NCBI GenBank assembly: GCA_027492035.1 | Contig: JAOZFT010000004.1 | Span: 320,001-384,000 of the forward strand | Direction of reading: 5' to 3' | From: Thermoproteota archaeon | Lineage (GTDB): Archaea > Korarchaeota > JAOZGF01 > JAOZFZ01 | Length of the DNA: 64,000 bases | In this document: piece by piece, positions 1 through 10,462 of the stretch | How the letters are laid out: each line of letters opens with the position of its first letter | Numbering within the stretch: position 1 is the first letter of the stretch | The notes under the pieces: generated by a model | What the model was told of the DNA's origin: nothing | Seen by the model: the letters and a program-made list of their open reading frames with translations, nothing else | Databases searched by the model: none | Program-made: the position numbers and the translations under genes

Positions 1-762
1 CACCTGGTCCCTGACCAGTTGAAGCTGGCTGCGGACTCTCGGTTTCCCTTCGCTTTCGGAGTTTCGCTCCTTAAGCTCACCACACTCATGAACTCCCTGG
101 CCCATGCTTCGAGACGCACGGTATAACCCTGATCCTCTTCCCTCACTTGGGACGTCACCATCCCAAAATGGGGGAAGAATCATCTCTTCCAGGCCATACC
201 TCTTGTAGCCACCAGGTTTCAGGCTCTTTTCACCCCCCTTCCGAGGTACTTTTCAGCTTTCTTTCACAATACTTGTTCGCTATCGGTCTCAGGACGTATT
301 TAGCCTTGGAAGCTAATGTCTCCCATCTTCTCGCAGGATATCCAACCTACGATACTCTGGAGCCGCCCAAGCCCCTTCCCACTTACGCTTACGGGACTAT
401 CACCCTCTACGGTGAGGCCTTCCAACCTACTTCAGCTTCATGAGTTAGGGGCTTAGATGGACGGTCCAAAACATCACATCTCCCCACACTTATCGTGTAG
501 GGATTCAATTTGGGCTGTGCCGTTTTCCCTCGCCGGTACTCACGGCATCTCTTTTGATTTCTTTTCCTGCGCCTACTAAGATGCTTCAATTCGGCGCGTT
601 CCCGTTCACCGCTTCTAAACGGCGAACGCAGCTTTTAAAAGCTGCAGGAGGTCCCATTCGGCAATCCTCAGATCTAAGCCTGCATGCGGCTCCCTGAGGC
701 TTATCGCAGCTTGCCACGGCCTTCGTCGGCGCCTGAGCCAAGCCATCCACCTGATGGCGTCT
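1..762 (-). rRNA. rrl: 23S rRNA, 5' part (runs off window start)
   Basis: Reverse complement shows archaeal 23S 5' motifs (GGTGGATGGCTTGGCTC, GACGAAGGCCGTGGCAAGCTGCGATAAGC, GACCGATAGCGAACAAGTA); 5' end approximate. Confidence 0.97.
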
Positions 763-930
763 TCCCTAGCAGCATAAACCTATTAACGTGGAGCATTTGC
801 TCGGCATCACAGGTTACTTTCAACCTTCGCCCTTCGCCTTAAAGAAGAGACTCTTTAAGGCTGCATCAAGGAGTAATAACAAAGAATAAACTAAAACAAC
901 TTTAATACGTGTTGTATAAGGAGAGATAGA

Positions 931-2485
<1,555 letters not shown>

Positions 2486-2603
2486 CAGATTTAAACCGCA
2501 TGGTTTAAATCCTCCTTTTCTTGTGTCCATGCGTGGATTAAGTCTTTCATTAATCAGGTTTTCTCCTTCATTTTTCCGACTTTAACGCCACATGGACCGC
2601 CAA

Positions 2604-2655
2604 GCTTATATAAAGCCTTTTGTCATTTAAAAATTTTACTATAAAAGGGTTTTAT
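2604..2655 (-). promoter_or_regulatory. Probable tandem BRE/TATA promoters of the rRNA operon
   Basis: Minus strand AAAGGCTTTATATAAG and AAACCCTTTTATAG upstream of the 16S leader. Confidence 0.55.
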
Positions 2656-3039
2656 TAATTTATTGTGAGTTAAACGAAAAATAAAAAAGCGTTGCTTCTA
2701 TACCTTCGTTTCGTTGAAAACAAGCCCTGTCAGCTTAGTTTGACAATATATCCCTTCCTTTATCAAATCCCCCAGCCTTTTTCTATTTCCAAATTAATTC
2801 CATAGCGTAAGCAGAGATTCCACCTCTAAACTGAAGTGAGGTTTCAAGAAGTTATATAGTAAAACAAATCAACCGTTTTAACCAAATTTTAGCTTAAATA
2901 AATGAACTTTGCAATTTTCTTGTAAGTATGGAAACCAATACTGTAAAAAAGAGGAGAGAAATGGTGAAGGAGTCCAATAACCCAAAAATTCCTTTTATAA
3001 GTGTATACCCCAGGCTTCTCTGAACATTTTAATCGCTTA

Positions 3040-3250
3040 AAAGTAAATTAGCAAAATTTTTTGATATCTTTACTTGCAATCTGTATCCTTAAGTTGTTCT
3101 CAGCTTTTACATCCAAGCAACTACTAAATGCACCTTATACAGGCACTAGTTTCAAGTAAATGAGTTGCAAGGCTATGTTTTAACCATGAGGAGTAACCTC
3201 CTTATTTGCAGCTTTTTCAACTGTTTGTTAAATTCCTCCTTTACCGTATT
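3040..3250 (-). pseudogene. Decayed tyrosine recombinase (XerA/XerD-like) C-terminal domain
   Basis: Frameshifted translation VEKAANKEVTPH/LKHSLATHLLETSACIRCI**LLGCKS/RTT*GY/IASKDIKK follows the TPHxLRHSFATHLLExGxDIRxIQxLLGHxSLxTTxIY signature. Confidence 0.85.
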
Positions 3251-3619
3251 CTCAAAAATAAAACCAGTATCTGTGGATGAATGGAATGCTTACCTTCCCT
3301 CGGGTATGCAGTGATTTATTAAGGATTTAACAGCGTAGCAGTCGCCCTTACGAAACTGTTAAATTTGATAGATAAATATAATACTTGGTAAGTAAAGATG
3401 GAAAGAGAACATATTAAAGGAGGAAAATAATATGATGGCTTAGTTACTCTTCAGTTCTTCACACTTTGTTCTTCAGGTTACTTAAATGGTGGACATACAA
3501 CTTCTCTAAGTTTATAACTGTTCAGGTATTTAACGATCCAATGAACAAAAGTGCTTTAGATATCTCAACCATTACAAAGGCAATCTACACCTCGTTTCGA
3601 TTTTTTCTCGAGTTTTCAG

Positions 3620-3632
3620 GTTCCACTGGAAC
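3620..3632 (-). promoter_or_regulatory. ORB-like element (candidate Orc1/Cdc6 box)
   Basis: GTTCCAGTGGAAC on minus strand in AT-rich gap ~0.55 kb upstream of cdc6; only one clear copy. Confidence 0.4.
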
Positions 3633-3855
3633 TCGTCATAACCGCTATTTATTGTCTAGCAAGAAGGTAACAGAACCTACAAAGTATTTTTCAGGGAAGG
3701 TTAAAGAGTTTTAGTTTTAATTTCTGTCCTTTGTTTTCAAACGTGTCATGTGTTATTTTTTAGGTTTATCTTTTTCAAGTCCTCCTGTTTAAAGGAGAGA
3801 AGTAAAATTTTAAAAGGTATATACATTTGTTAGGTAGTAGTTCTTAAAAAAGGTT

Positions 3856-3954
3856 GCCGCCGTAGCTCAGCCGGTAGAGCGAGGGACTTGTAATCCCTTG
3901 GTCGAGGGTTCAAAAACCTGTGTGTTTCCCAGGTTGGGAATCCCTCCGGCGGCT
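3856..3954 (+). tRNA. tRNA-Thr(TGT), 26-nt intron at 59/60 (3915-3940)
   Basis: Cloverleaf; BHB TTCA-AAA-ACCTG...CAGGT-TGGG-AAT in T loop. Confidence 0.93.
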
Positions 3955-3969
3955 GTCCCTATCTCTCCA

Positions 3970-4060
3970 GGGGCCGTGGGGTAGCTAGGTCTAGCCTTCG
4001 AGACTTGGGCTCTCGAGAGTGTTCATCCGAGAAACCCCGGTTCAAATCCGGGCGGCCCCA
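3970..4060 (+). tRNA. tRNA-Pro(TGG), 16-nt intron at 45/46 (4018-4033)
   Basis: Cloverleaf; CTCG-AGA...CGAG-AAA relaxed BHB in variable region. Confidence 0.9.
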
Positions 4061-4188
4061 CCTATCTTCTTTTTGTAACTCCTTTGTACTTATTAATGTA
4101 TTACCGCGCTTTCCTATGGATTTTTAAACTCTACAACACCCTTTTTTATTGTCTCCTTGAACCTTGTAACTTTTTAAAGGGGTTTTTG

Positions 4189-5373
4189 ATGTCTCTGGAA
4201 GAAGGTGTAGAGAACGTTTTTGACAGGATTCCTTTGCAATCAAGCATTTTTAAAAGAAGAGAAGTAGTTAGGTTTGACTATGTTCCTTCACAGCTTCCTT
4301 ACAGGGATGCTGAGATAATGAAAATGGCACTTATCCTTTCATCTATTTTTAGAGAAGCTGTTCCCTCAAATATATTTATTTACGGAAAAACTGGGACAGG
4401 CAAAACCGCCGTTTCCATGTTTGTTAAAGATCAGTTGATAAAGAAAGCTAACCAACTTAAAAAACCTGTAATAGTGAATTACATAAATTGTAGGATAAGC
4501 GATACAAGCTATAGAATACTTACTCAGTTGACGCGTTTCTTGGACCCAAAAGTCCCCTTTATAGGTTTACCTTACGATGAAATTTATGAGAGGTTTATTT
4601 CAAAACTTGCTGAACATAACCTTTTCTTTGTTGTTTTTTTGGATGAAATTGATCAGCTGGCTGGGAAAGGGGACGATAAAATACTGTACTCCTTAATCAG
4701 GATAAACTCTGAGCTTTCAAATGGAGGCTTAAGCATAGTTGGAATAACTAATGATTTGAAATTTAAAGAAACTCTTGACCCAAGGATAGTAAGTGCTTTA
4801 AGTGATGAAGAAATCTTTTTTGAACCATATAATGCTGAGCAGCTCCTCCGCATCTTAAAAGACAGGGCTGAGGAAGCTTTCGTGGACGGGGCAATTGATG
4901 ATTCAATTTTACAGGTAATTGCTGCATATGCTGCTAGAGAAGGAGGTGATGCAAGAACTGCCATTGACTTGTTAAGGTTAGCTGGCGAATTAGCTGAAAG
5001 AGAAGGGGATGTTAAAGTCAAAATGAGACACGTTGAAAGGGCAAGAGTGAAAATGAAAGACGATCTGTTCTACAGAGCAATAACAACTCTTTCTCTGCAA
5101 AGTAAACTTGTTCTTTACTCTATAGCTCTGTTAACGAAAATAAATGAAGAAGTAATTACAACAGGGAAAGTTTACTCTACTTACTCCAGAATTTGTGAGA
5201 AAATCAATGTTGACAAGCTCTCCAAAAGAAGAGTTAGTGACATAATCAGGGAACTGGACATGATAGGATTAATTAGTTACAGAATCGGTCATGTGGCGCG
5301 TGGAAGAACAAAGAAAATTCATCTTGAATACAACCACAAAAAGATCTTAGAGCTGCTTAATGAGACAATTTAG
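4189..5373 (+). CDS. cdc6: Orc1/Cdc6 replication initiator
   Basis: YGKTGTGKT Walker A, LDEID Walker B, GDARTAIDLLR, C-terminal winged helix; ATG 4189 preferred. Confidence 0.95.
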   Translation: MSLEEGVENVFDRIPLQSSIFKRREVVRFDYVPSQLPYRDAEIMKMALILSSIFREAVPSNIFIYGKTGTGKTAVSMFVKDQLIKKANQLKKPVIVNYINCRISDTSYRILTQLTRFLDPKVPFIGLPYDEIYERFISKLAEHNLFFVVFLDEIDQLAGKGDDKILYSLIRINSELSNGGLSIVGITNDLKFKETLDPRIVSALSDEEIFFEPYNAEQLLRILKDRAEEAFVDGAIDDSILQVIAAYAAREGGDARTAIDLLRLAGELAEREGDVKVKMRHVERARVKMKDDLFYRAITTLSLQSKLVLYSIALLTKINEEVITTGKVYSTYSRICEKINVDKLSKRRVSDIIRELDMIGLISYRIGHVARGRTKKIHLEYNHKKILELLNETI

Positions 5374-5405
5374 TTTCTCCCTCCCATAAAGAAGTTTATT
5401 TGAAG

Positions 5406-6938
5406 CTACAGGAACCTCTTCCTAAAAATTTGTTGATTACCCATGTTAACTAGTTGCACTATTCCAGGGGTAGGGTTAATGTTCATTTCAGCTTGGTAAA
5501 TTGTTTTACGTTGCCATGTTCCGGAGGCTATACATGTTATCCCATTCACTCTCTTCTCTCCATTTATGTGTAGATGTCCCGTTTGCACAATGTCAGGAGG
5601 GTCCTCTATCAAATGAAAATCAAAACTTTCAGGAGCTAATGGTACATTAGAGCCGTAAAGAGGAGATAAGTGCCGGCTTATTAACATTTCATGAATAGCT
5701 TCCTCCGGCTTATTCCTTTTTCTTCTGGGTAAAACTGTGTTCCAATCCTCCAAACTCTTTCCGTGGTAAATAAGTACTTTATAACCGTCAATTACTACTC
5801 TTGAAGGGTTACCTAAAGAATATATTCGTCTCTCCTCCTTTAAAGGTTCGATGTAGTGGTGAATAATTGATGGTTGAGGTTCAGAAAGCCTAGTAGCGTC
5901 GTGGTTCCCAGGAACAAAAATTATATCCAAGTAATTAGGCACTTTCTTCATATATTTTATGAAAAGGTCATACTGCTTACCTATATCCCTCTCCATTAAT
6001 TCATTTTCTTGCCCAGGGTAAACACCCACTCCATCCACTAAATCCCCAGCAATTATTAAATATTTGATTTTAGAAACAATCCTTTTCTCTTTTTCGTTTC
6101 CCCTTTTCAGATTTAACCATTCTAAAAATTTTTGAAATTCTTTCTGAAGAAACGCTTTGCTTCCTATGTGTAGATCAGAAATAAAGGCCATATAAATTTC
6201 CCTCTCAAAAGTTTTCGGTTTGGTTCTAGGAGGCCCTGGAAAATAAATTACTTCAGCATTCAACACCCCCTTCTTCCATACCCTACCCTTAACCCCTATC
6301 ACTTGGTCAGGTATAATATGTGCTGCCTCAGCCATGTTCTTGTTTACTATGACTTTAATTGAACCAGTTAAATCTTCAAGTTCCAAGATATAGTTCCCTT
6401 TTAGGCTCTTCCTTTTTGAAAAAACCATTCCCACAATGGTTACTTGTTTTCTCTCCTGTGAGCTGTATTTCTGTATGTCTTCTATGTCTTCAACTTCTCT
6501 CCCTTCAATTTTAGACTCAATTATTTTTCTTAACCTAATGTATCTGTTAATAAATAACCGAATAAAATCTGTTATTTTCTCTCCTCGGTTTATGTACCTA
6601 CTTGGGTCAAGCTCAACCTCTATTTTCCCATCCCAATCCTTAGCAGTCTCTTCTTGCAAAAAACCTTCAGGTAAAAATGTTTCAATTTCCTCTCTACCCT
6701 TTTCTTTCCTTTCTTCTCTGTTTTCCTTCTTCAAAAGGTTTAGAATCTTTTCCACCAGTTCTATCTTAACCACTACACCCCTACTCTGCGACTCCTGCAG
6801 TTTTTCTATGAAGAAATCAATTATAGACTTTAGGTTCATTTCGGAAAAATTTTTTAGGAGAGGTAATGCTTCAGAAGGGAGTAAGTACCCTTTTTCAGCA
6901 GTTTTAGCAAGTAATTCCTTGATCTCTTTGTTTTGCAT
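5406..6938 (-). CDS. polB: DNA polymerase D small subunit DP1
   Basis: OB fold plus phosphoesterase motifs SDLHIGS, AGDLVDG, PGNHD, YHG, TGHLH; start moved out of tRNA-Leu. Confidence 0.95.
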   Translation of the reverse strand: MQNKEIKELLAKTAEKGYLLPSEALPLLKNFSEMNLKSIIDFFIEKLQESQSRGVVVKIELVEKILNLLKKENREERKEKGREEIETFLPEGFLQEETAKDWDGKIEVELDPSRYINRGEKITDFIRLFINRYIRLRKIIESKIEGREVEDIEDIQKYSSQERKQVTIVGMVFSKRKSLKGNYILELEDLTGSIKVIVNKNMAEAAHIIPDQVIGVKGRVWKKGVLNAEVIYFPGPPRTKPKTFEREIYMAFISDLHIGSKAFLQKEFQKFLEWLNLKRGNEKEKRIVSKIKYLIIAGDLVDGVGVYPGQENELMERDIGKQYDLFIKYMKKVPNYLDIIFVPGNHDATRLSEPQPSIIHHYIEPLKEERRIYSLGNPSRVVIDGYKVLIYHGKSLEDWNTVLPRRKRNKPEEAIHEMLISRHLSPLYGSNVPLAPESFDFHLIEDPPDIVQTGHLHINGEKRVNGITCIASGTWQRKTIYQAEMNINPTPGIVQLVNMGNQQIFRKRFL

Positions 6939-6973
6939 TTCTTTTTCCGCTTTCCTCTGTTTAAAAGAGCTTA

Positions 6974-7066
6974 TGCGGGGGGAGGGATTTGAACCCTCGC
7001 AGGACTGAACCACCAGATCTCTAATCCTTGAGTCTGGCGCCTTTAACCTGGCTCGGCAACCCCCGC
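6974..7066 (-). tRNA. tRNA-Leu(CAA), 8-nt insertion/intron at 37/38 (7019-7026)
   Basis: Type II cloverleaf; CCAGA CT CAA G[GATTAGAG]A TCTGG. Confidence 0.88.
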
Positions 7067-7068
7067 TT

Positions 7069-7551
7069 TCACTTCAAAATATCTAATAAAGCCACTTTTT
7101 CAATTAAAAATTTTAGGGTTTTATCCTTTAAAGTTTTACCCGAGAAGCCACTTCTTTCTAACTCCCCCTTCTTCACTTTAAACTCATTAAAGATTTCCTT
7201 TAAATCCCCTTTAAACTTTCTTTCAATTTTTGCTCCCTCATTTTCCAGAATCCTCTTGATTGTTTTGTTTTCCTTATTAGATAACGCCTCTTCCTTTGTC
7301 AGAAACACTATTCCAAGTGTTTCATTAAAGATTTTATTCTTCATTTTCGCTTCTTTTATTTGTCTCTCGCCGAATAAGTAACAAATAAACTCTATTTCCA
7401 TGTTTCTAGAAACGTTTGTTCCATCCTTAAAAGCTCTTAAGGTATGTAAAATTGAAGTTTCCACTTGTTTTTGGGACAAAACTATTTTAGGGTTTAAAAA
7501 AACTACTTTGCAATCAGTCCTCTTCTCTATTTCCTCTTTAACTTTAAACAT
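7069..7551 (-). CDS. cgi121: KEOPS subunit Cgi121 (start may be upstream, ATA 7623)
   Basis: LRAFKDGTNVSRNMEIEFICYLFGERQIKEA and C-terminal IEKVALL. Confidence 0.8.
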   Translation of the reverse strand: MFKVKEEIEKRTDCKVVFLNPKIVLSQKQVETSILHTLRAFKDGTNVSRNMEIEFICYLFGERQIKEAKMKNKIFNETLGIVFLTKEEALSNKENKTIKRILENEGAKIERKFKGDLKEIFNEFKVKKGELERSGFSGKTLKDKTLKFLIEKVALLDILK

Positions 7552-7653
7552 TCTTTTCTCTAATTCTTCTTGTTGTTTTTCTAAGCTGAAAACAATATAT
7601 TCAGGTGCATTAGAGAAGGGTATTCTTACCTCCTCCTTTCAAATATAATTAAA

Positions 7654-7747
7654 CGGGCCCGGCGGGATTTTCATCCATTATAGAATTTTGAACCCGCAAT
7701 CTTCGGCTCCGGAGGCCGAAATGTTGTCCTTTTTACACCACGGGCCC
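7654..7747 (-). tRNA. tRNA-Arg(CCG), 19-nt intron at 59/60 (7668-7686)
   Basis: Cloverleaf; BHB TTCA-AAA-TTC...GGA-TGAA-AAT. Confidence 0.92.
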
Positions 7748-7770
7748 ATAGGAAAAAGAGGAAATGGACG

Positions 7771-8448
7771 CTAAGTCACTTCAGTACCTACCTCCTTCTT
7801 CTCTAAAAGAATTTTTAAAATGTTTGTGGGGAAAGAACCGTTACAAATATGCAGCTTTATGGTTGATCTTTCCAGTACTTTTAAGGCTACCGGATCTAGA
7901 AGTTCATAACTTCCCGGTTGGAACTTTAGTTTTTCAAGAAGCAGTTTCAGGTCTTTATAAGTTATCTTACTTATTTTTTCAGCATTTTTCACTCTTCTAG
8001 GATCAGCTGTATAAACTCCATCGACGCTTGTACACTTTACAACGATATCAGCACCTAAAGCTTCCGCTAAAATAGCTGCTACAGCGTCTGTAGATTGTCC
8101 AGGGAACATTCCACCTGCAAAGCATATTTCGAAGCTTTTAAGTGCTAATTTCGCCTCCTCTATACTTTCAATATATTTCGGGTATACGTGATGCTTCAAG
8201 GCTGCTATGAAAACCATTGAATTCAATTTTGCTGCCTCCATACCTATTAAATCACAAAAAAAATTGTTTGCACCCAGTTTTTCAGCCATTTCTATTCTTT
8301 CACGTGCCAAACGTCCTCCACCCACTACAACAGCTATTTTCCATTTCTTTTTAATTAATTCATAAAATACCTCCACGTACCCTCTCAGAATTTCTGAGGC
8401 ATCTCTTTCTGAAAAAATGAAACCTCCAATCTTGACTACAGCTTTCAA
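7771..8448 (-). CDS. pyrH: UMP kinase
   Basis: VVKIGG, VVVGGGRLAR, PGQSTDAVAA, VDGVYTADP; TTG start after GGAGG. Confidence 0.95.
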   Translation of the reverse strand: MKAVVKIGGFIFSERDASEILRGYVEVFYELIKKKWKIAVVVGGGRLARERIEMAEKLGANNFFCDLIGMEAAKLNSMVFIAALKHHVYPKYIESIEEAKLALKSFEICFAGGMFPGQSTDAVAAILAEALGADIVVKCTSVDGVYTADPRRVKNAEKISKITYKDLKLLLEKLKFQPGSYELLDPVALKVLERSTIKLHICNGSFPTNILKILLEKKEVGTEVT

Positions 8449-8600
8449 ATAGGGCCTCCTCTTCAAAACCTTTTTATAAAGGAAGTACTTTTTAATTTCT
8501 TTTTTTCTTATTTCACTATATCTCATAAATTTTTTAAAAGGCACCCTTTAGGGGGAATGTAAAGATTTCCTCCCTGAGAAACTTTATAAGAGGTTTTGCA

Positions 8601-9848
8601 ATGAACAATTCCAAAGCAGAGAATGAGAGGTTGTTCAAGAAAAGAATAAAGGAGCTTTCAAAAATTAAGGGGTGGGGTACTGAATTAATTTCTCTCTATA
8701 TCCCTCCAGAAAAAAATTTAGCTGAAGTAACAAATTACTTAAAAAGGGAGTATAGTCAAGCTAGCAATATAAAGGACAAAATTACAAACAAAAACGTAAG
8801 AGCTTGCATAAAAACGATAATGCAAAGATTGAAAACCATCAATAAACCCCCTAAAAACGGTTTAGCTATATTTTGTGGAGCAATTCCAACTTCCAACTCC
8901 AGGGGAACGGAAAAAATAGAAATTTTTCTTATTGAACCCATAATGCCTATTAAAGCCTTCATTTATAGATGTGGAGGTTCATTTTTCCTTGAACCACTGG
9001 AAAAAATGGTTTTACCTAAAGAAATTTACGGCTTCATCGTCATAGACAGGGAAAAAGCTGTTATAGGATTAATTAAAGATGTTTATGTCCAGTTGCTTGG
9101 CAAATACACGTCAGGTGCTCCAGGGAAGCATAGTAAGGGAGGGCAATCCCAGCAAAGATTCAACAGGTTAAGGGAAAAAATAATTCTTGAATACTTTAGA
9201 AGAGTAGGGGAACATGCCACTTCCTTCTTTAGAGGAACCCCTAACTTGAAAGGGATCATAATAGGAGGACCTGGTTTTGCAAAACAGGACTTTCTTAGAG
9301 CAGATGCCTTACCTTCAGATTTAGAAAATAAAGTGGTTGGATTAATAGATATAGGTTACGGTGGTGAGGAAGGAGTTCGTGAACTGGTTTCAAAAGTTGG
9401 TGAAGTATTATCTGGCCTAGTAATTGTCAAGGAAAAGAAGTTAGTTCAAGATTTCTTCAAAAAAGTTGTTGAAGAACCAAATTTGGTAACTTACGGATTT
9501 AATAACGTGTTTGAGGCGTTGAGGAGAGAAGCAGTTGCCACTTTACTTCTTTCAGAAAATTTAAGCCTGCATAGAGTTAAGCTTACCTGTAGAACCTGTG
9601 GATACATAGATGAAAAAATATTAAATGGGAAAGAAATTAATGAAATCGTTACGAAGGGTGTACCCTGTCCAAAATGCAACAGTCCTCTCTATATAGAAGA
9701 AGAAAAGGACTTATTTGAAGAATTAATTGAAGAAGCTGGTAAACATAACGCTGAAGTGTTTATTGTATCTGCAGAAACAGAAGAAGGGAAACAATTTGCT
9801 TCAGCCTTCAATGGGGTTGGTGCTCTACTTAAATACCCCCTAACCTAA
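8601..9848 (+). CDS. prf1: Peptide chain release factor aRF1
   Basis: GTELISLYIP, ASNIKD, YRCG, GGQSQQRF. Confidence 0.97.
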   Translation: MNNSKAENERLFKKRIKELSKIKGWGTELISLYIPPEKNLAEVTNYLKREYSQASNIKDKITNKNVRACIKTIMQRLKTINKPPKNGLAIFCGAIPTSNSRGTEKIEIFLIEPIMPIKAFIYRCGGSFFLEPLEKMVLPKEIYGFIVIDREKAVIGLIKDVYVQLLGKYTSGAPGKHSKGGQSQQRFNRLREKIILEYFRRVGEHATSFFRGTPNLKGIIIGGPGFAKQDFLRADALPSDLENKVVGLIDIGYGGEEGVRELVSKVGEVLSGLVIVKEKKLVQDFFKKVVEEPNLVTYGFNNVFEALRREAVATLLLSENLSLHRVKLTCRTCGYIDEKILNGKEINEIVTKGVPCPKCNSPLYIEEEKDLFEELIEEAGKHNAEVFIVSAETEEGKQFASAFNGVGALLKYPLT

Positions 9849-9969
9849 AAACTCCTTATTGAGTTAAAGTAAGCCTACAAAATCTAGCTGGAAAAAGTAC
9901 AGGAACCGTAAAATTTAACTTTCCACAACAAAACCTCTCGCAACCGAAATACGGTTTTAAGACTCTATG

Positions 9970-10052
9970 TGGACCGGGCGGGATTCGAACCCGCGTTCAC
10001 TGCCTCTTTCTTCTATGCGAAGGCAGCGTGTTTCCACCTGCACCACCGGCCC
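9970..10052 (-). tRNA. tRNA-Ala(CGC), 10-nt intron at 37/38 (10006-10015)
   Basis: G3:U70 pair; CTGCC TT CGC A[TAGAAGAAAG]A GGCAG. Confidence 0.9.
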
Positions 10053-10205
10053 AACGAAAACATGCTAAAATAATGAATAACAAATTACGTTTTTAAACTT
10101 TGTCGCAAGGTTTTTAAAGCTAAAGCCTTTAATAAAAGAATGTATCTTCATCCTTATTAGGTACCTTTTACTTGCTACGTCAGTTCTAAAGATTCTTTTT
10201 TTCAT

Positions 10206-10299
<94 letters not shown>

Positions 10300-10462
10300 T
10301 TTTTCATTTTCATTTTTTTCAACGTTTTCAAACTTCTCCTTTACATCTCCATTTTTATATTTTTCTTTCTCTTTTAGAAAGTTCGGGGAAGGCAATAGTT
10401 TACCTTTCGTGATTTTCAGCCTTTCCTTTACAAAGGAGAGAACATGTAGGGAAAATGAAGCC

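Noticed and set aside
3325-3364. Hairpin ATTTAACAG-CGTA...TACG-AAA-CTGTTAAAT as an ncRNA
   Set aside because: No known RNA motif, promoter or terminator to support it
3466-3714. 82-aa ORF in the gap before tRNA-Thr
   Set aside because: No recognisable motif or SD; region looks non-coding or decayed
7019-7030. Second Leu anticodon (TAG) inside the 8-nt intron, suggesting alternative splicing
   Set aside because: No single excision places TAG at 34-36 of a 7-nt loop
8766-8777. aRF1 NIKD instead of NIKS as a sign of stop-codon reassignment
   Set aside because: NIKD occurs in other archaeal aRF1, and TAA, TAG and TGA all end conserved genes here
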